From positions 24,248 to 88,247 of the forward strand of contig WRAX01000005.1 in the NCBI GenBank assembly GCA_009779935.1: 64,000 nt of DNA, in the 5' to 3' direction. The stretch comes from Defluviitaleaceae bacterium. GTDB lineage: Bacteria; Bacillota; Clostridia; Lachnospirales; WRAX01. Every line of letters starts with the position of its first letter. Position 1 is the stretch's first letter. Made by a program: the position numbers and the translations under genes. Positions 55,548 to 64,000 of this stretch are shown piece after piece. The notes under the pieces are model-generated. The model was not told the origin of the DNA. It made no database searches and saw only the letters and a list, made by a program, of their open reading frames with translations.

Positions 55548-56194
55548 TTAGGATGAGCCTCGATATTCAAGGGTTCTAAACAATAATTTTGAATTGTGTA
55601 CGCCATTGGAATTTTCACTTACCACCCATTCCCGGAAGAACTGGGCATTACGGAAAGTGTAGCGAATTTCGTCCAAAGCGGCTTCTGTATGGCGGCCGCT
55701 GTCTTTGTTGGCAATTAAGCTTGGGTTGTTAAATGGGCTCATCCATTTATGGCTGATAGAATCAGGCATATGACAATCCGCACAACTAATACCAATTCCA
55801 ATTCGAAACATGAAAAAGGATATTTTGAAAATCGCAGGTTTCAGTGCGTTTTCAAAATGTGCTTTTCCATGATTGAGAATGGAATTGGTATAAATGCCAT
55901 GCAGATGGGGACTAAGTCGTTATGCACAGCACCCCTGCCATAAACGGTTTCAAATTCCGGATGCTGCATTTTAATTTGGCGCACACCGCTGCGTGGGTTT
56001 GTGTAATCTGCAAAGGGGCGTCCGTTCGGCATCCTTGTGATATTGTTAAAATAGCATAAAACATCGGTTGGATGCATGGTTTGCATATTGGAATAGGTCA
56101 GGATAACTTCCCAAGTTAACGGGTCAAAATGATATTCCACATGGCATTGGGCGCAAGTGGCAGACCCCGGAGAAACCATGCCAATATTCGGCAA
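55548..56194 (-). pseudogene. nrfA: cytochrome c nitrite reductase relic
   Basis: CAQCHVEYHF and MQHPEFE in ORF 55841-56194, SCADCHMP in ORF 55548-55811; the N-terminal about 200 aa and the C-terminus are missing; non-NrfA insertion between the pieces. Confidence 0.7.
55862..55893. repeat. 32-nt repeat, copy 2
   Basis: CTTTTCCATGATTGAGAATGGAATTGGTATAA inside the insertion that splits the nrfA relic. Confidence 0.8.
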
Positions 56195-56251
56195 AGCGTT
56201 AAAACATACTGCGCCATATTACATCCTCAAAATTAACCATCATTAAGCTAC

Positions 56252-56291
56252 AAATCATGGCAGGGGCAAAGCTTTGCCCCTGCCATGATTT
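56252..56291 (-). terminator. pheT terminator hairpin
   Basis: 40-nt perfect palindrome AAATCATGGCAGGGGCAAAG/CTTTGCCCCTGCCATGATTT. Confidence 0.6.
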
Positions 56292-56318
56292 GTTCGCAAG
56301 ATATATGGTGGAGGATTG

Positions 56319-58694
56319 CTATTGGCGCAATGTTGCACCAAAGGCTTCGGCTGTGGCAGCTAAGATTTTGTCCATGGCTTTGGTGGCTTCTTCATCGGTT
56401 AGGGTGCGGTCGTCAGCTCTAAATGTTAAGCTATACGCCATGGATTTTGTGCCGCTTGGCAGGTTTGCCCCTGTGTATATGTCAAAAAGGTTAATCCCAC
56501 GCAGGTATTTGCCGCCTGCGTCCTTTATTTTGGCGGACAACTGGCCGTGGGTTATGGCATTATCCACCACCAAGGCAATGTCACGCTGGATTTGTGGGTA
56601 GCGGGGCAGGGGCTTATATGCTTTAATCATATTTGCTTGGTTGCGCAGTAAATCAAAGTTAAGCACTGCCACATAACAAGATGTGCCAATTTCGTAATTT
56701 TCTGCCACTTGGGGGTGTATTTGGCCGCAGTAGCCCAAGTTTTTGTAGGCGGCGGTGCGTCCCGGGTGCATAAATGGCAGGCTTTTTTGTGGCTCAAATC
56801 CAATAGTAGGCTCTTCCAGCCCAAAGGTGTGACCAATAGTTTCAAGCACACCTTTAATGCCGTAAAAATCCACGCTACCAAAGCCGCCTACCACCAAATA
56901 CTCGGTTTCTTTGGGTAGGCCGCCACATTCGCTTGGGTGATATACTTTTACCAGCTCAAACAGGCGTGTTTGTTGGTTTCTGCGGTTATAATTGGTGGCC
57001 AGGGCCGTTAAAACGCTGTTTATTGGGTTTGTGCGCATTATGCCGGTGTCTTCACCCAGCGGGTTGATGATGCGCACGGCATTGCGCAAGGGATTATCAA
57101 CGGGAATCAACAATTTGTCAAAGGCTTTGGGGGATTCAAAGGCATATGTCAGCATTTGGGAATAGCCCAGCGCAACCATGGTTTCCGTAAGTGCATCTTC
57201 CATGTGTTGTTGTGCTGTTTTGCCGCCTACATTGGATGATGCCGCCACAACTGTGGGTATTTTATCATAGCCATACATACGGGCAACTTCTTCTGCTAAG
57301 TCCTGCCAAATCTCTAAATCATAACGGAAGGTGGGGATGGTGGCGGTATTGCCCTGCACGGCTATGCCCAAACGCCCTAAAAACTCCGCAATTTGCGCCC
57401 TGTCAACATCGATGCCAATAAGGTCGGCTATTTTTGCCGGGTCAAAGTCCAGTTTGCGCACTTGGCGTGGGGCGGGATAATTGTCCACAAGCCCGGGAAC
57501 TATATCGCCGCAGCCAAGCTGTTCTACCAGCTCCAAGGCACGGTTTATGCAGGCAAGGGCAAGGTTTGGATCCAGCCCCTTTTCATAGCGGCCCGATGAA
57601 TCTGTGCGAAGTCCCAGCCGTTTGCTGCTACCACGGATGTTTACCCCGTTAAAATTAGCAGATTCAAATAAAATGGTTGTGGTATCATCCACAATTTTAG
57701 AACCTTCGCCGCCCATTATGCCTGCAATGCCCACGGCACGACTCTCGTTGGCGATAACAAGCATGTCTGCATCCAAAACCCTCTCTACCCCGTCAAGGGT
57801 GGTTATTTTTTCACCATCACAGGCATTGCGCACGATTATTTTGTTGCCGTTAATTGCACGTATGTCAAAAGCGTGCATGGGCTGCCCCATCTCCAACATC
57901 ACATAATTGGTAATATCCACAATATTGTTTACGGGTCGCAAACCACAAGCCATAAGCCTTGCACGCATCCATTGGGGGGAAGGCTCAATTTTGACATTCT
58001 CCACAACTGCCGCAACATAGCGGCTGCAAAGCTTATCATTCTGTATCTCAACAGCAACTCTATCCAAATGCGGTTTTCCCAATTGATAATCGATAATCGA
58101 TAATCGATAATTAAGCGTAGCAGCAACTTCCCTTACCAACCCATGGATGGAGAAACAGTCAGGGCGGTTTGTGGTTATCTCAAACTCCGCCACATCCTGC
58201 AACATGCCAAGGGCTATGCGGGCATCGCTGCCAAGCCCAAGCTTCGGCGGCTCCGAGAATATGTAGATACCATCCTCGGGTGCTTCGGGATATTCGGCAC
58301 GGGTATGCCCAAGCTCTTCAACAGAGCATAGCATGCCTTCCGATTCTTCACCCCTAATTTTGCCTTTTTTAATTTTAAGCCCATCTGCCAAATTTGCACC
58401 GTGTAGGGCAACGGGTATATAGTCACCTACGGTTAAATTGGTTGCACCTGTTACAATTTGCTTAAATTCGCCACTGCCAATGGCAATGCGGGTTACAATC
58501 AGCTTGTCCGCATTGGGGTGGGGGTTAATCTCCTCAATACGCCCTACAACAACCCCTGTAATGTCCGACCCTAAATGGTGTATTTTTTCCACCTTAGAGC
58601 CGCTCATGGTCATTTTATCGGCAAAATCGATTAGGGATATGCCGAGGTTGTCTATATCAACAAAATCTTTTAGCCATGATATGGGTAAATTCAT
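56319..58694 (-). CDS. pheT: phenylalanine--tRNA ligase beta subunit
   Basis: MNLPISWLKDFVD start after RBS AGGAGG; tRNA-binding, B3/4, B5 and FDX-ACB regions recognisable; the track ORF to 58760 is an upstream extension. Confidence 0.95.
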   Translation of the reverse strand: MNLPISWLKDFVDIDNLGISLIDFADKMTMSGSKVEKIHHLGSDITGVVVGRIEEINPHPNADKLIVTRIAIGSGEFKQIVTGATNLTVGDYIPVALHGANLADGLKIKKGKIRGEESEGMLCSVEELGHTRAEYPEAPEDGIYIFSEPPKLGLGSDARIALGMLQDVAEFEITTNRPDCFSIHGLVREVAATLNYRLSIIDYQLGKPHLDRVAVEIQNDKLCSRYVAAVVENVKIEPSPQWMRARLMACGLRPVNNIVDITNYVMLEMGQPMHAFDIRAINGNKIIVRNACDGEKITTLDGVERVLDADMLVIANESRAVGIAGIMGGEGSKIVDDTTTILFESANFNGVNIRGSSKRLGLRTDSSGRYEKGLDPNLALACINRALELVEQLGCGDIVPGLVDNYPAPRQVRKLDFDPAKIADLIGIDVDRAQIAEFLGRLGIAVQGNTATIPTFRYDLEIWQDLAEEVARMYGYDKIPTVVAASSNVGGKTAQQHMEDALTETMVALGYSQMLTYAFESPKAFDKLLIPVDNPLRNAVRIINPLGEDTGIMRTNPINSVLTALATNYNRRNQQTRLFELVKVYHPSECGGLPKETEYLVVGGFGSVDFYGIKGVLETIGHTFGLEEPTIGFEPQKSLPFMHPGRTAAYKNLGYCGQIHPQVAENYEIGTSCYVAVLNFDLLRNQANMIKAYKPLPRYPQIQRDIALVVDNAITHGQLSAKIKDAGGKYLRGINLFDIYTGANLPSGTKSMAYSLTFRADDRTLTDEEATKAMDKILAATAEAFGATLRQ

Positions 58695-58719
58695 AATACT
58701 CCTCCTATGGGCGGCAAAC

Positions 58720-59334
58720 TTAGCTGTCTTCGCCCAAAATTTCTTTATAAACGTCCTCAAAAACTTCTTCCAAGTATATGGTTAAATCATCAAATAAGGT
58801 TGTTTTTAGGCTTTTGGGTGGCAGCGGTTCACCTTTTTGTTCCAACTTCTCGGTTTCGTAATTGGTTATTATGGTATAAAATTCATCCATTACCAAGTGG
58901 CCATTTTGTTGCAAGTAAACCTCCACAGTAAGGTTGTTTACATCCACCAACCAATACTCTTTAACCCCGGATGCGCCGTAAACTTCTTTCTTTCGCCCCC
59001 GATCATAGGAGCTTGTTCGGGGGGATAAAATTTCCACAACCAAATCAGGTGCGCCATATATGGCATTTTTGCCTTGGTACTTGCTTTTGTCGCACACAAT
59101 GCTAACATTGGGCACATAGGTGTTTTCTTGATTTAGCTTAACATCTGTGTTGTCGGTAAAAACTTTGCAAGGCTTACCCTTCAAATGGTTGTGGAAAAGT
59201 GCGAAAATATTACCCTTTACAATATTGTGATAAATACCGGGACTTGGTGACATTAGCGTAATTACACCATCAACAATTTCCCATTTGCGTTTGTGATTGT
59301 CCTCACAGTGTTCTTGATTTTTCAAAACGGCCAT
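58720..59334 (-). CDS. Uma2-family (DUF820) putative endonuclease
   Basis: 204 aa; PDLVVEILSPRTSSYDRGRKKEVYGASGVKEYWLVD PD-(D/E)xK-type core typical of Uma2. Confidence 0.75.
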   Translation of the reverse strand: MAVLKNQEHCEDNHKRKWEIVDGVITLMSPSPGIYHNIVKGNIFALFHNHLKGKPCKVFTDNTDVKLNQENTYVPNVSIVCDKSKYQGKNAIYGAPDLVVEILSPRTSSYDRGRKKEVYGASGVKEYWLVDVNNLTVEVYLQQNGHLVMDEFYTIITNYETEKLEQKGEPLPPKSLKTTLFDDLTIYLEEVFEDVYKEILGEDS

Positions 59335-59346
59335 AACAAAACCTCC

Positions 59347-60381
59347 CTAAAACTGTTTTAAGAAGCGTATATCATTATCAAACAGCAGGCGCATATCGTC
59401 GATATTATAGCGTTGCATTGCTATGCGCTCCAAGCCCATGCCAAAGGCAAAGCCGCTGTATTCATCAGGGTTAATGCCGCAGTTTTTAAGCACATTGGGG
59501 TGCACCATGCCGCAACCCAAAAGCTCTATCCATCCTTCGCCCTTACAAAGGCGGCATGTGGGCATTTTGGCGGCATCACCCCCGCAGCCAAAGCAGGAAA
59601 TGTCCATTTCGGCAGATGGCTCCGTAAAAGCAAAATGGTGGGGGCGGAAGCGGGTTTTAACATCCTCACCAAACAAGGTTTGGGCAAATACGGTTAATGC
59701 ACCTTTTAGGTGGCCCATGTGTATGCCTCTGTCCACCACAAGCCCCTCCATTTGGTGGAAAACGGGGCTGTGGGTTGCATCAATATCATCCGAGCGAAAA
59801 ACCTTACCGGGGGCCACGATGGCAATGGGCAACTGCCCCTCTTCCATCTTACGTATTTGTACGGGGCTGGTTTGGGTGCGCAATACATGGCCGCCCTCCA
59901 CATAAAATGTGTCTTGCTCGTCCCTTGCAGGGTGGTGGGCAGGGATGTTAAGGGCTTGGAAGTTATGATAGTCAGTTTCGATATCGGGTCCTGTGGCAAT
60001 TTCGTATCCCATACCCGTAAAAATATTGCATAACTCCTCTATTATCATGGTCATTGGGTGTTTTGTGCCAAGGATGGGTCTGGTTCCGGGCAATGTAACG
60101 TCAATAAACTCACTTTCCATTGCTGCTGCCATTTCTGCCCCTGCAAGGGTGGTTTTGCGTGCTTCTAAGGCTGTTTCCAACTCCTGCCTTATGCTGTTGG
60201 CAATTTCGCCCATTTTTGGACGTTCCTCCGCACTTAATGCGCCCATTCCCCGTAAAATTTGTGTCAACTCACCCTTTTTGCCAAAAATTGCCACACGCAG
60301 CTCGTCCAAATCCCGAAGGGTGGTGGTTTTTTCCAAGTTTGCCAAGGTTTCGTCTTTTATCTGCAATAACTTCTCTCTCAT
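59347..60381 (-). CDS. pheS: phenylalanine--tRNA ligase alpha subunit
   Basis: 344 aa; class II motifs HPARDEQDTFY, FRPHHFAFTEPSAE, GFAFGMGLERIAM. Confidence 0.95.
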   Translation of the reverse strand: MREKLLQIKDETLANLEKTTTLRDLDELRVAIFGKKGELTQILRGMGALSAEERPKMGEIANSIRQELETALEARKTTLAGAEMAAAMESEFIDVTLPGTRPILGTKHPMTMIIEELCNIFTGMGYEIATGPDIETDYHNFQALNIPAHHPARDEQDTFYVEGGHVLRTQTSPVQIRKMEEGQLPIAIVAPGKVFRSDDIDATHSPVFHQMEGLVVDRGIHMGHLKGALTVFAQTLFGEDVKTRFRPHHFAFTEPSAEMDISCFGCGGDAAKMPTCRLCKGEGWIELLGCGMVHPNVLKNCGINPDEYSGFAFGMGLERIAMQRYNIDDMRLLFDNDIRFLKQF

Positions 60382-60408
60382 ATCATCCCAACTTTCGCAT
60401 TTTCCATA

Positions 60409-60437
60409 ATTCTAACAAATGGTGGGGGATAAGTCAA
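60409..60437 (-). promoter_or_regulatory. pheS promoter
   Basis: Minus strand TTGACT, 17 nt, TAGAAT; only about 30 nt of leader, no room for a T-box. Confidence 0.45.
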
Positions 60438-60444
60438 TATTTTC

Positions 60445-60473
60445 TTGACATCCAAGTGGGTTGTTGTTACAAT
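60445..60473 (+). promoter_or_regulatory. promoter of the 60503 gene
   Basis: TTGACA 60445-60450, 17 nt, TACAAT 60468-60473. Confidence 0.5.
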
Positions 60474-60502
60474 TTGGGTATATCATTTTTGCGGAGGAGC
60501 TT

Positions 60503-62767
60503 ATGGAGCAGGATATTAGGAATATATTGCAGAGCCTACACGGAACCATTTTGCGGATTGACGGACAATTAAAGTCCGTGAAAGCAAGAGAAGCTAATGA
60601 GGAGATAGAAGCCTACAAAACCAGTCTTTATCAGTATTATTTTAATGAGAAAGGTAATGCCCTTAATCACATTTACCATATTTTAGATGTACATTTTAAG
60701 AATGCGATAACTTATGAAATTAATATTTTGATGACTTTTGGGGATGCTGAGGGCGTAGAGCATGCAAAGGAAGCTGCAATCACATCCATGGTGTTTAATG
60801 GGGAGGAGCTGGCGGAATTAGAGGCTTTGCGCAGTGGACAACCTGTGGGGGATGATTTTGCTGCCCTTGCCATGGGGGAACTTAACCGCCTTGCCGCCTT
60901 AGATGCCGCTATTCGCCACCGGGCGCAAATGGCGCAAATGGATGCTTATAATTTGCGGGCAAAAATTGCCCAAACCATCCCCGCCATCGAAAAACCGGCC
61001 ACCGAAAAGAAAAGTGTGGAGCGGTACATAGGTTTGAACATTTTAAATGCCGTGGGGGTTTTGCTGTTTATCATCGGTGCAGTTGCGGCGGTGCGCCTTG
61101 GTTACACATGGGCAGGCTTTGTGCTTGGCGGTATATTTTTGGTGGGCGGTGAGGTGATAAACCGCCGCAAAGCGGGCATTTTCTCCCTTGGCTTAACGGC
61201 GGGCGGTTTGGGCATTTCTTATGCCACCTTGGCCATTAGCCATTTTGTGCAGGGAAGCATTTCAATTTTCCCTTTGCTAATAATTGGTTTAGCCATTTCG
61301 GTGCTGGCTTTTTACTTGGCTACACGGTATAAATCCCAAACATTGCTTGCCATCACATTGGCGGGGGGCCATATACCCATTTTCATTATCCTAATAGATT
61401 TTAATCATATGGCTCTTGAAGGGATGTTAATTTACCTTGCCGTATTTAACTTTATGGCTTTAATTGCAGCCATGTACAACAACTGGCCTGTGCTTGCGGG
61501 TGTTTCTGCGCTTTTTGGCTGGTATCTGTTTTTTGGCGTAATGTTCCAAACGGATGTGTGGCGGTTTGCGGGGATTGCGGCAGCCATACTTGCAGTGGTT
61601 TATGGGCTTTTGAGCCTTTTGGCTACACGCAACAAAAGTGCAAAAGCCTTGCCCGTTGTTCTTTTGGTGGCGGCAGGCTGTTTTGTTGTAGCATTTGTGG
61701 TAATACAAATGGATTATATGTGGATAAGCCCCGCTTTGGCAGTGCTTGCGGCAGGCTTGGCAATTGTCGGCATTGTTAAGGATATACGTGGACTTGTTAT
61801 TTCGGGTGTTGCCGTGGGCGGTGTTGCCGTGGCATGGCTTTTAACTGCGGACATGCTTGTGCTTTTGATTAGGTGGCCTATGAACTGGTTTTACATCACC
61901 ATCCAAGCTGCCACAGTTACATTTGCAGGCGTAGCTGTACTTGTGGTGCTTGCCCTGCGCAACCAACTGGAAACGGCTGCACAAAAGGCATATAAATACA
62001 TAGTGATGGTGGGTACATGGCTTTTTGGCGTGTTTTTGGCAATTAGGCTGGTTGATGATTTTGCATACCAAAGTCCGATTTCTACAGGGTATTTGGGTTT
62101 TTCCACAATAGCCATTGTCACATTGATATATGCTAAAATTTTGCCAAAAATACCCAGGCTTGGCGGGGTGGGTACGGATGTTATGGGCTGGGTATTTAGC
62201 ATTATTGGCATGCTTAGCATCTTTACCCTTAGTGTATTTTGGAGGATAACCACAGGTTATGTAACAAGTTATCCGGAAGATATTGCCGCTATTGCCATTA
62301 GCATATTAATCGTGGTTAAAGGTTTTGGTTTGTTGGCGTTTTGGGACATTATGCGCCGTGCCTTGGCAAAGGAGAAGGATGGAAAGCGATGGATGCCAAT
62401 AATTGCACCTGCCTATTTTATGGTTGTTTTTACCGCAACCGTGGTTATGGATTTTGGGCTGGGCTTTTACAGCTTTTGGATTAGCTTGGTTTACATTGCC
62501 ACAGCACTTCTTTGGACAATTTTCGGTTTTGTAAGGAATTTTGCGCCATTACGCCGTGCGGGTCTGGTGCTTGCCTTGCTTTCGGTTGGCAAACTATTCC
62601 TTTTCGATTTGCACCGGTTGACGGAGGAGTTTAGGGTGCTGTCCTACTTTATAATGGGTGGGGTGCTGGTTGCCATATCCTTCGCCTACCAATATTTTAG
62701 CAAGCGTTTGGATGCTACGGCCATTAGTGAAGTGGACGAAGCCCTTTCCAAGCCTGGGGATGAGTGA
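60503..62767 (+). CDS. large polytopic membrane protein with N-terminal coiled-coil (resembles DUF2339 from memory)
   Basis: ATG 60503 after RBS GGAGG; about 180 aa soluble N-terminus then about 18 hydrophobic helices. Confidence 0.6.
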   Translation: MEQDIRNILQSLHGTILRIDGQLKSVKAREANEEIEAYKTSLYQYYFNEKGNALNHIYHILDVHFKNAITYEINILMTFGDAEGVEHAKEAAITSMVFNGEELAELEALRSGQPVGDDFAALAMGELNRLAALDAAIRHRAQMAQMDAYNLRAKIAQTIPAIEKPATEKKSVERYIGLNILNAVGVLLFIIGAVAAVRLGYTWAGFVLGGIFLVGGEVINRRKAGIFSLGLTAGGLGISYATLAISHFVQGSISIFPLLIIGLAISVLAFYLATRYKSQTLLAITLAGGHIPIFIILIDFNHMALEGMLIYLAVFNFMALIAAMYNNWPVLAGVSALFGWYLFFGVMFQTDVWRFAGIAAAILAVVYGLLSLLATRNKSAKALPVVLLVAAGCFVVAFVVIQMDYMWISPALAVLAAGLAIVGIVKDIRGLVISGVAVGGVAVAWLLTADMLVLLIRWPMNWFYITIQAATVTFAGVAVLVVLALRNQLETAAQKAYKYIVMVGTWLFGVFLAIRLVDDFAYQSPISTGYLGFSTIAIVTLIYAKILPKIPRLGGVGTDVMGWVFSIIGMLSIFTLSVFWRITTGYVTSYPEDIAAIAISILIVVKGFGLLAFWDIMRRALAKEKDGKRWMPIIAPAYFMVVFTATVVMDFGLGFYSFWISLVYIATALLWTIFGFVRNFAPLRRAGLVLALLSVGKLFLFDLHRLTEEFRVLSYFIMGGVLVAISFAYQYFSKRLDATAISEVDEALSKPGDE

Positions 62768-62772
62768 GAGTG

Positions 62773-63717
62773 ATGGGCGAAAAATATAACAAGCGCAAAC
62801 TTAGAAACATCTGCCTTTTAGGTGGTTACCACCAAATTGTTGCTTATTTGGCGGGGGTGGAGGGCGGCAGTGGTTTGCTGGCGAAGTATAGAGCCGTTTT
62901 TGAGGGTGACAAATGTTTGATAAATGCAAAAGAGCCGGAAGTGGCCGCATTTTTGCGGATTTATGAAGATTACTTGAAATGGGCACTAACCCATCAAACC
63001 ACAACAGACCGGTGCAAGGCGTTTCTGCTGGAAAAATTACAAACCATATTTGCCCATGTAAAAGACTGGGACGAGTTGCAAACTGCCATAGTCGTATTTT
63101 TGGAGGGCAAGGGCTATCATGCCAATTTTGGCGTTACAGCCCCTTATCCCACCCTATATCTATGGAAACGGCAAAAGGTGAAGAAAATGTCAGTTCGCCT
63201 GCCCCATGGCATTGCGGAAATAGACGTTTGCGCAATGAAGGGGGTCGTAACCCGTGGTTGGCTTGGTTACTTGTCTTTTGATAAAATAAGTGCAGGCGGT
63301 TGGGTGACGGCCACGGGCTGTAACTATTTTACCGATAAGTACAACATGCTGTCATCAGACTTTAAGGTAAGCTTGTTAAAACATGAAGCCCAGCATTTTT
63401 ATGATTTGGAGCAATTTCCGGAAATGGAAAGTGCCGATTTGGAGTATCGTGCCAAGTTAGTGGAGCTGATTTACCACAAAAAAATACAAAGGTTTTTTGG
63501 GCTTATCGGCGGCATGGGGGATGAAGATGGGGGCGACCGCAAAACCAATCCCCACGGCCATGCTAATAGGAAGATTGTGGAAGCAATGTCAACCCGCAGT
63601 TTTGGGAGACCCCTGGAAACCGACCAAGAGTTGTGGAAGGCAGTAAAAAAGAAAATCCCTGCCATGGCGCAGAAATTGCTGGATGAGGATAATAAGAGAT
63701 TAAGGGGAGAAGTTTAA
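62773..63717 (+). CDS. hypothetical protein with an HExxH motif
   Basis: About 314 aa; LLKHEAQHFYD; start overlaps previous stop region. Confidence 0.5.
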   Translation: MGEKYNKRKLRNICLLGGYHQIVAYLAGVEGGSGLLAKYRAVFEGDKCLINAKEPEVAAFLRIYEDYLKWALTHQTTTDRCKAFLLEKLQTIFAHVKDWDELQTAIVVFLEGKGYHANFGVTAPYPTLYLWKRQKVKKMSVRLPHGIAEIDVCAMKGVVTRGWLGYLSFDKISAGGWVTATGCNYFTDKYNMLSSDFKVSLLKHEAQHFYDLEQFPEMESADLEYRAKLVELIYHKKIQRFFGLIGGMGDEDGGDRKTNPHGHANRKIVEAMSTRSFGRPLETDQELWKAVKKKIPAMAQKLLDEDNKRLRGEV

Positions 63718-64000
63718 TGAATGCCTATATACTAAAAATCATTGCGATTGTGGGTATGGCCTTGCAACATGCCGCCCTTGTGCTGGGTGATACCATTCCC
63801 ACAGTTTTGCACTTTCCTTTTCAGTTGGCGGGCGGGTTTACCTTCCCAATCATGGCATTTTTGCTGGTGGAGGGTTATCGCCACACCCGAAATGTAAAGG
63901 CCTATGCCCTGCGGCTGGGTATTTTTGCCCTTGTGTCCCAGCCTTTTTATATGTGGGCGTTTGGCACATGGTTTGGATTTAATATTATGTTTATCCTTGC
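63717..64000 (+). CDS. TraX-family membrane protein, C-terminus outside window
   Basis: ATG overlaps previous stop (TAATG); MNAYILKIIAIVGMALQHAA...FPIMAFLLVEGYRHTRNVKAYALRL typical TraX N-terminus. Confidence 0.7.
   Translation, partial: MNAYILKIIAIVGMALQHAALVLGDTIPTVLHFPFQLAGGFTFPIMAFLLVEGYRHTRNVKAYALRLGIFALVSQPFYMWAFGTWFGFNIMFIL

Noticed and set aside
58085-58112. A heptanucleotide tandem repeat (GATAATC x 4) as a slippage-prone tract or CRISPR-like repeat
   Set aside because: It lies inside the intact essential pheT gene, where it encodes NYRLSIIDYQ. The unit is not a multiple of 3, so any copy change would be lethal. It is probably a chance or codon-driven repeat and not an array.

Overview
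This 64-kb chromosomal window reads like a low/medium-GC Firmicutes (Clostridia-type) genome. That assignment is an inference from gene content and style: Rrf2-NifS-NifU, PheST, RF1, GlgB, MscL with a zinc ribbon, TTGACA-17-TATAAT promoters and AGGAGG ribosome-binding sites. The housekeeping blocks (1-22.4 kb, 26.0-31.6 kb, 56.3-64 kb) look intact. Three accessory segments interrupt them. (i) 22.4-26.0 kb is bounded by a repeated ~31-nt terminator and carries a secreted-protein paralogue, an IS110-family element and two small membrane ORFs. (ii) About 31.6-51.4 kb is an AT-rich ~20-kb island containing IS remnants (IS1595-like, two IS5-like fragments, a MazF fragment) and disrupted genes (uppP, an XRE-TPR regulator). 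Its core (38.0-50.7 kb) is a duplicated radical-SAM/SPASM peptide-maturation locus. It has three paralogous Cys-rich precursor ORFs sharing a leader motif ([ST]-x-[IV]-I-D-L-[IM]-W-E) that I cannot assign to a named RiPP class. It also has an unusual protease set (two MA-type lipoproteins, two S41-like lipoproteins, one M55 D-aminopeptidase) and an ABC exporter. Several of its genes carry single lesions (one in-frame TGA, several 1-nt frameshifts), so the locus is either decaying or the assembly has indel errors. (iii) 51.5-55.3 kb is an operon of three uncharacterised non-secreted proteins plus a GT2-TPR glycosyltransferase behind a structured leader, followed by a NrfA relic. Other notable items are poly-G tracts in the -35/-10 spacers of two paralogous secreted-protein genes (candidate phase variation), a candidate IS110 bridge RNA, a repeated terminator-promoter cassette, and an Uma2 endonuclease gene between pheS and pheT. 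I recognised no rRNA, tRNA or CRISPR array. All calls are made by eye from the sequence and ORF translations; no database search was run.
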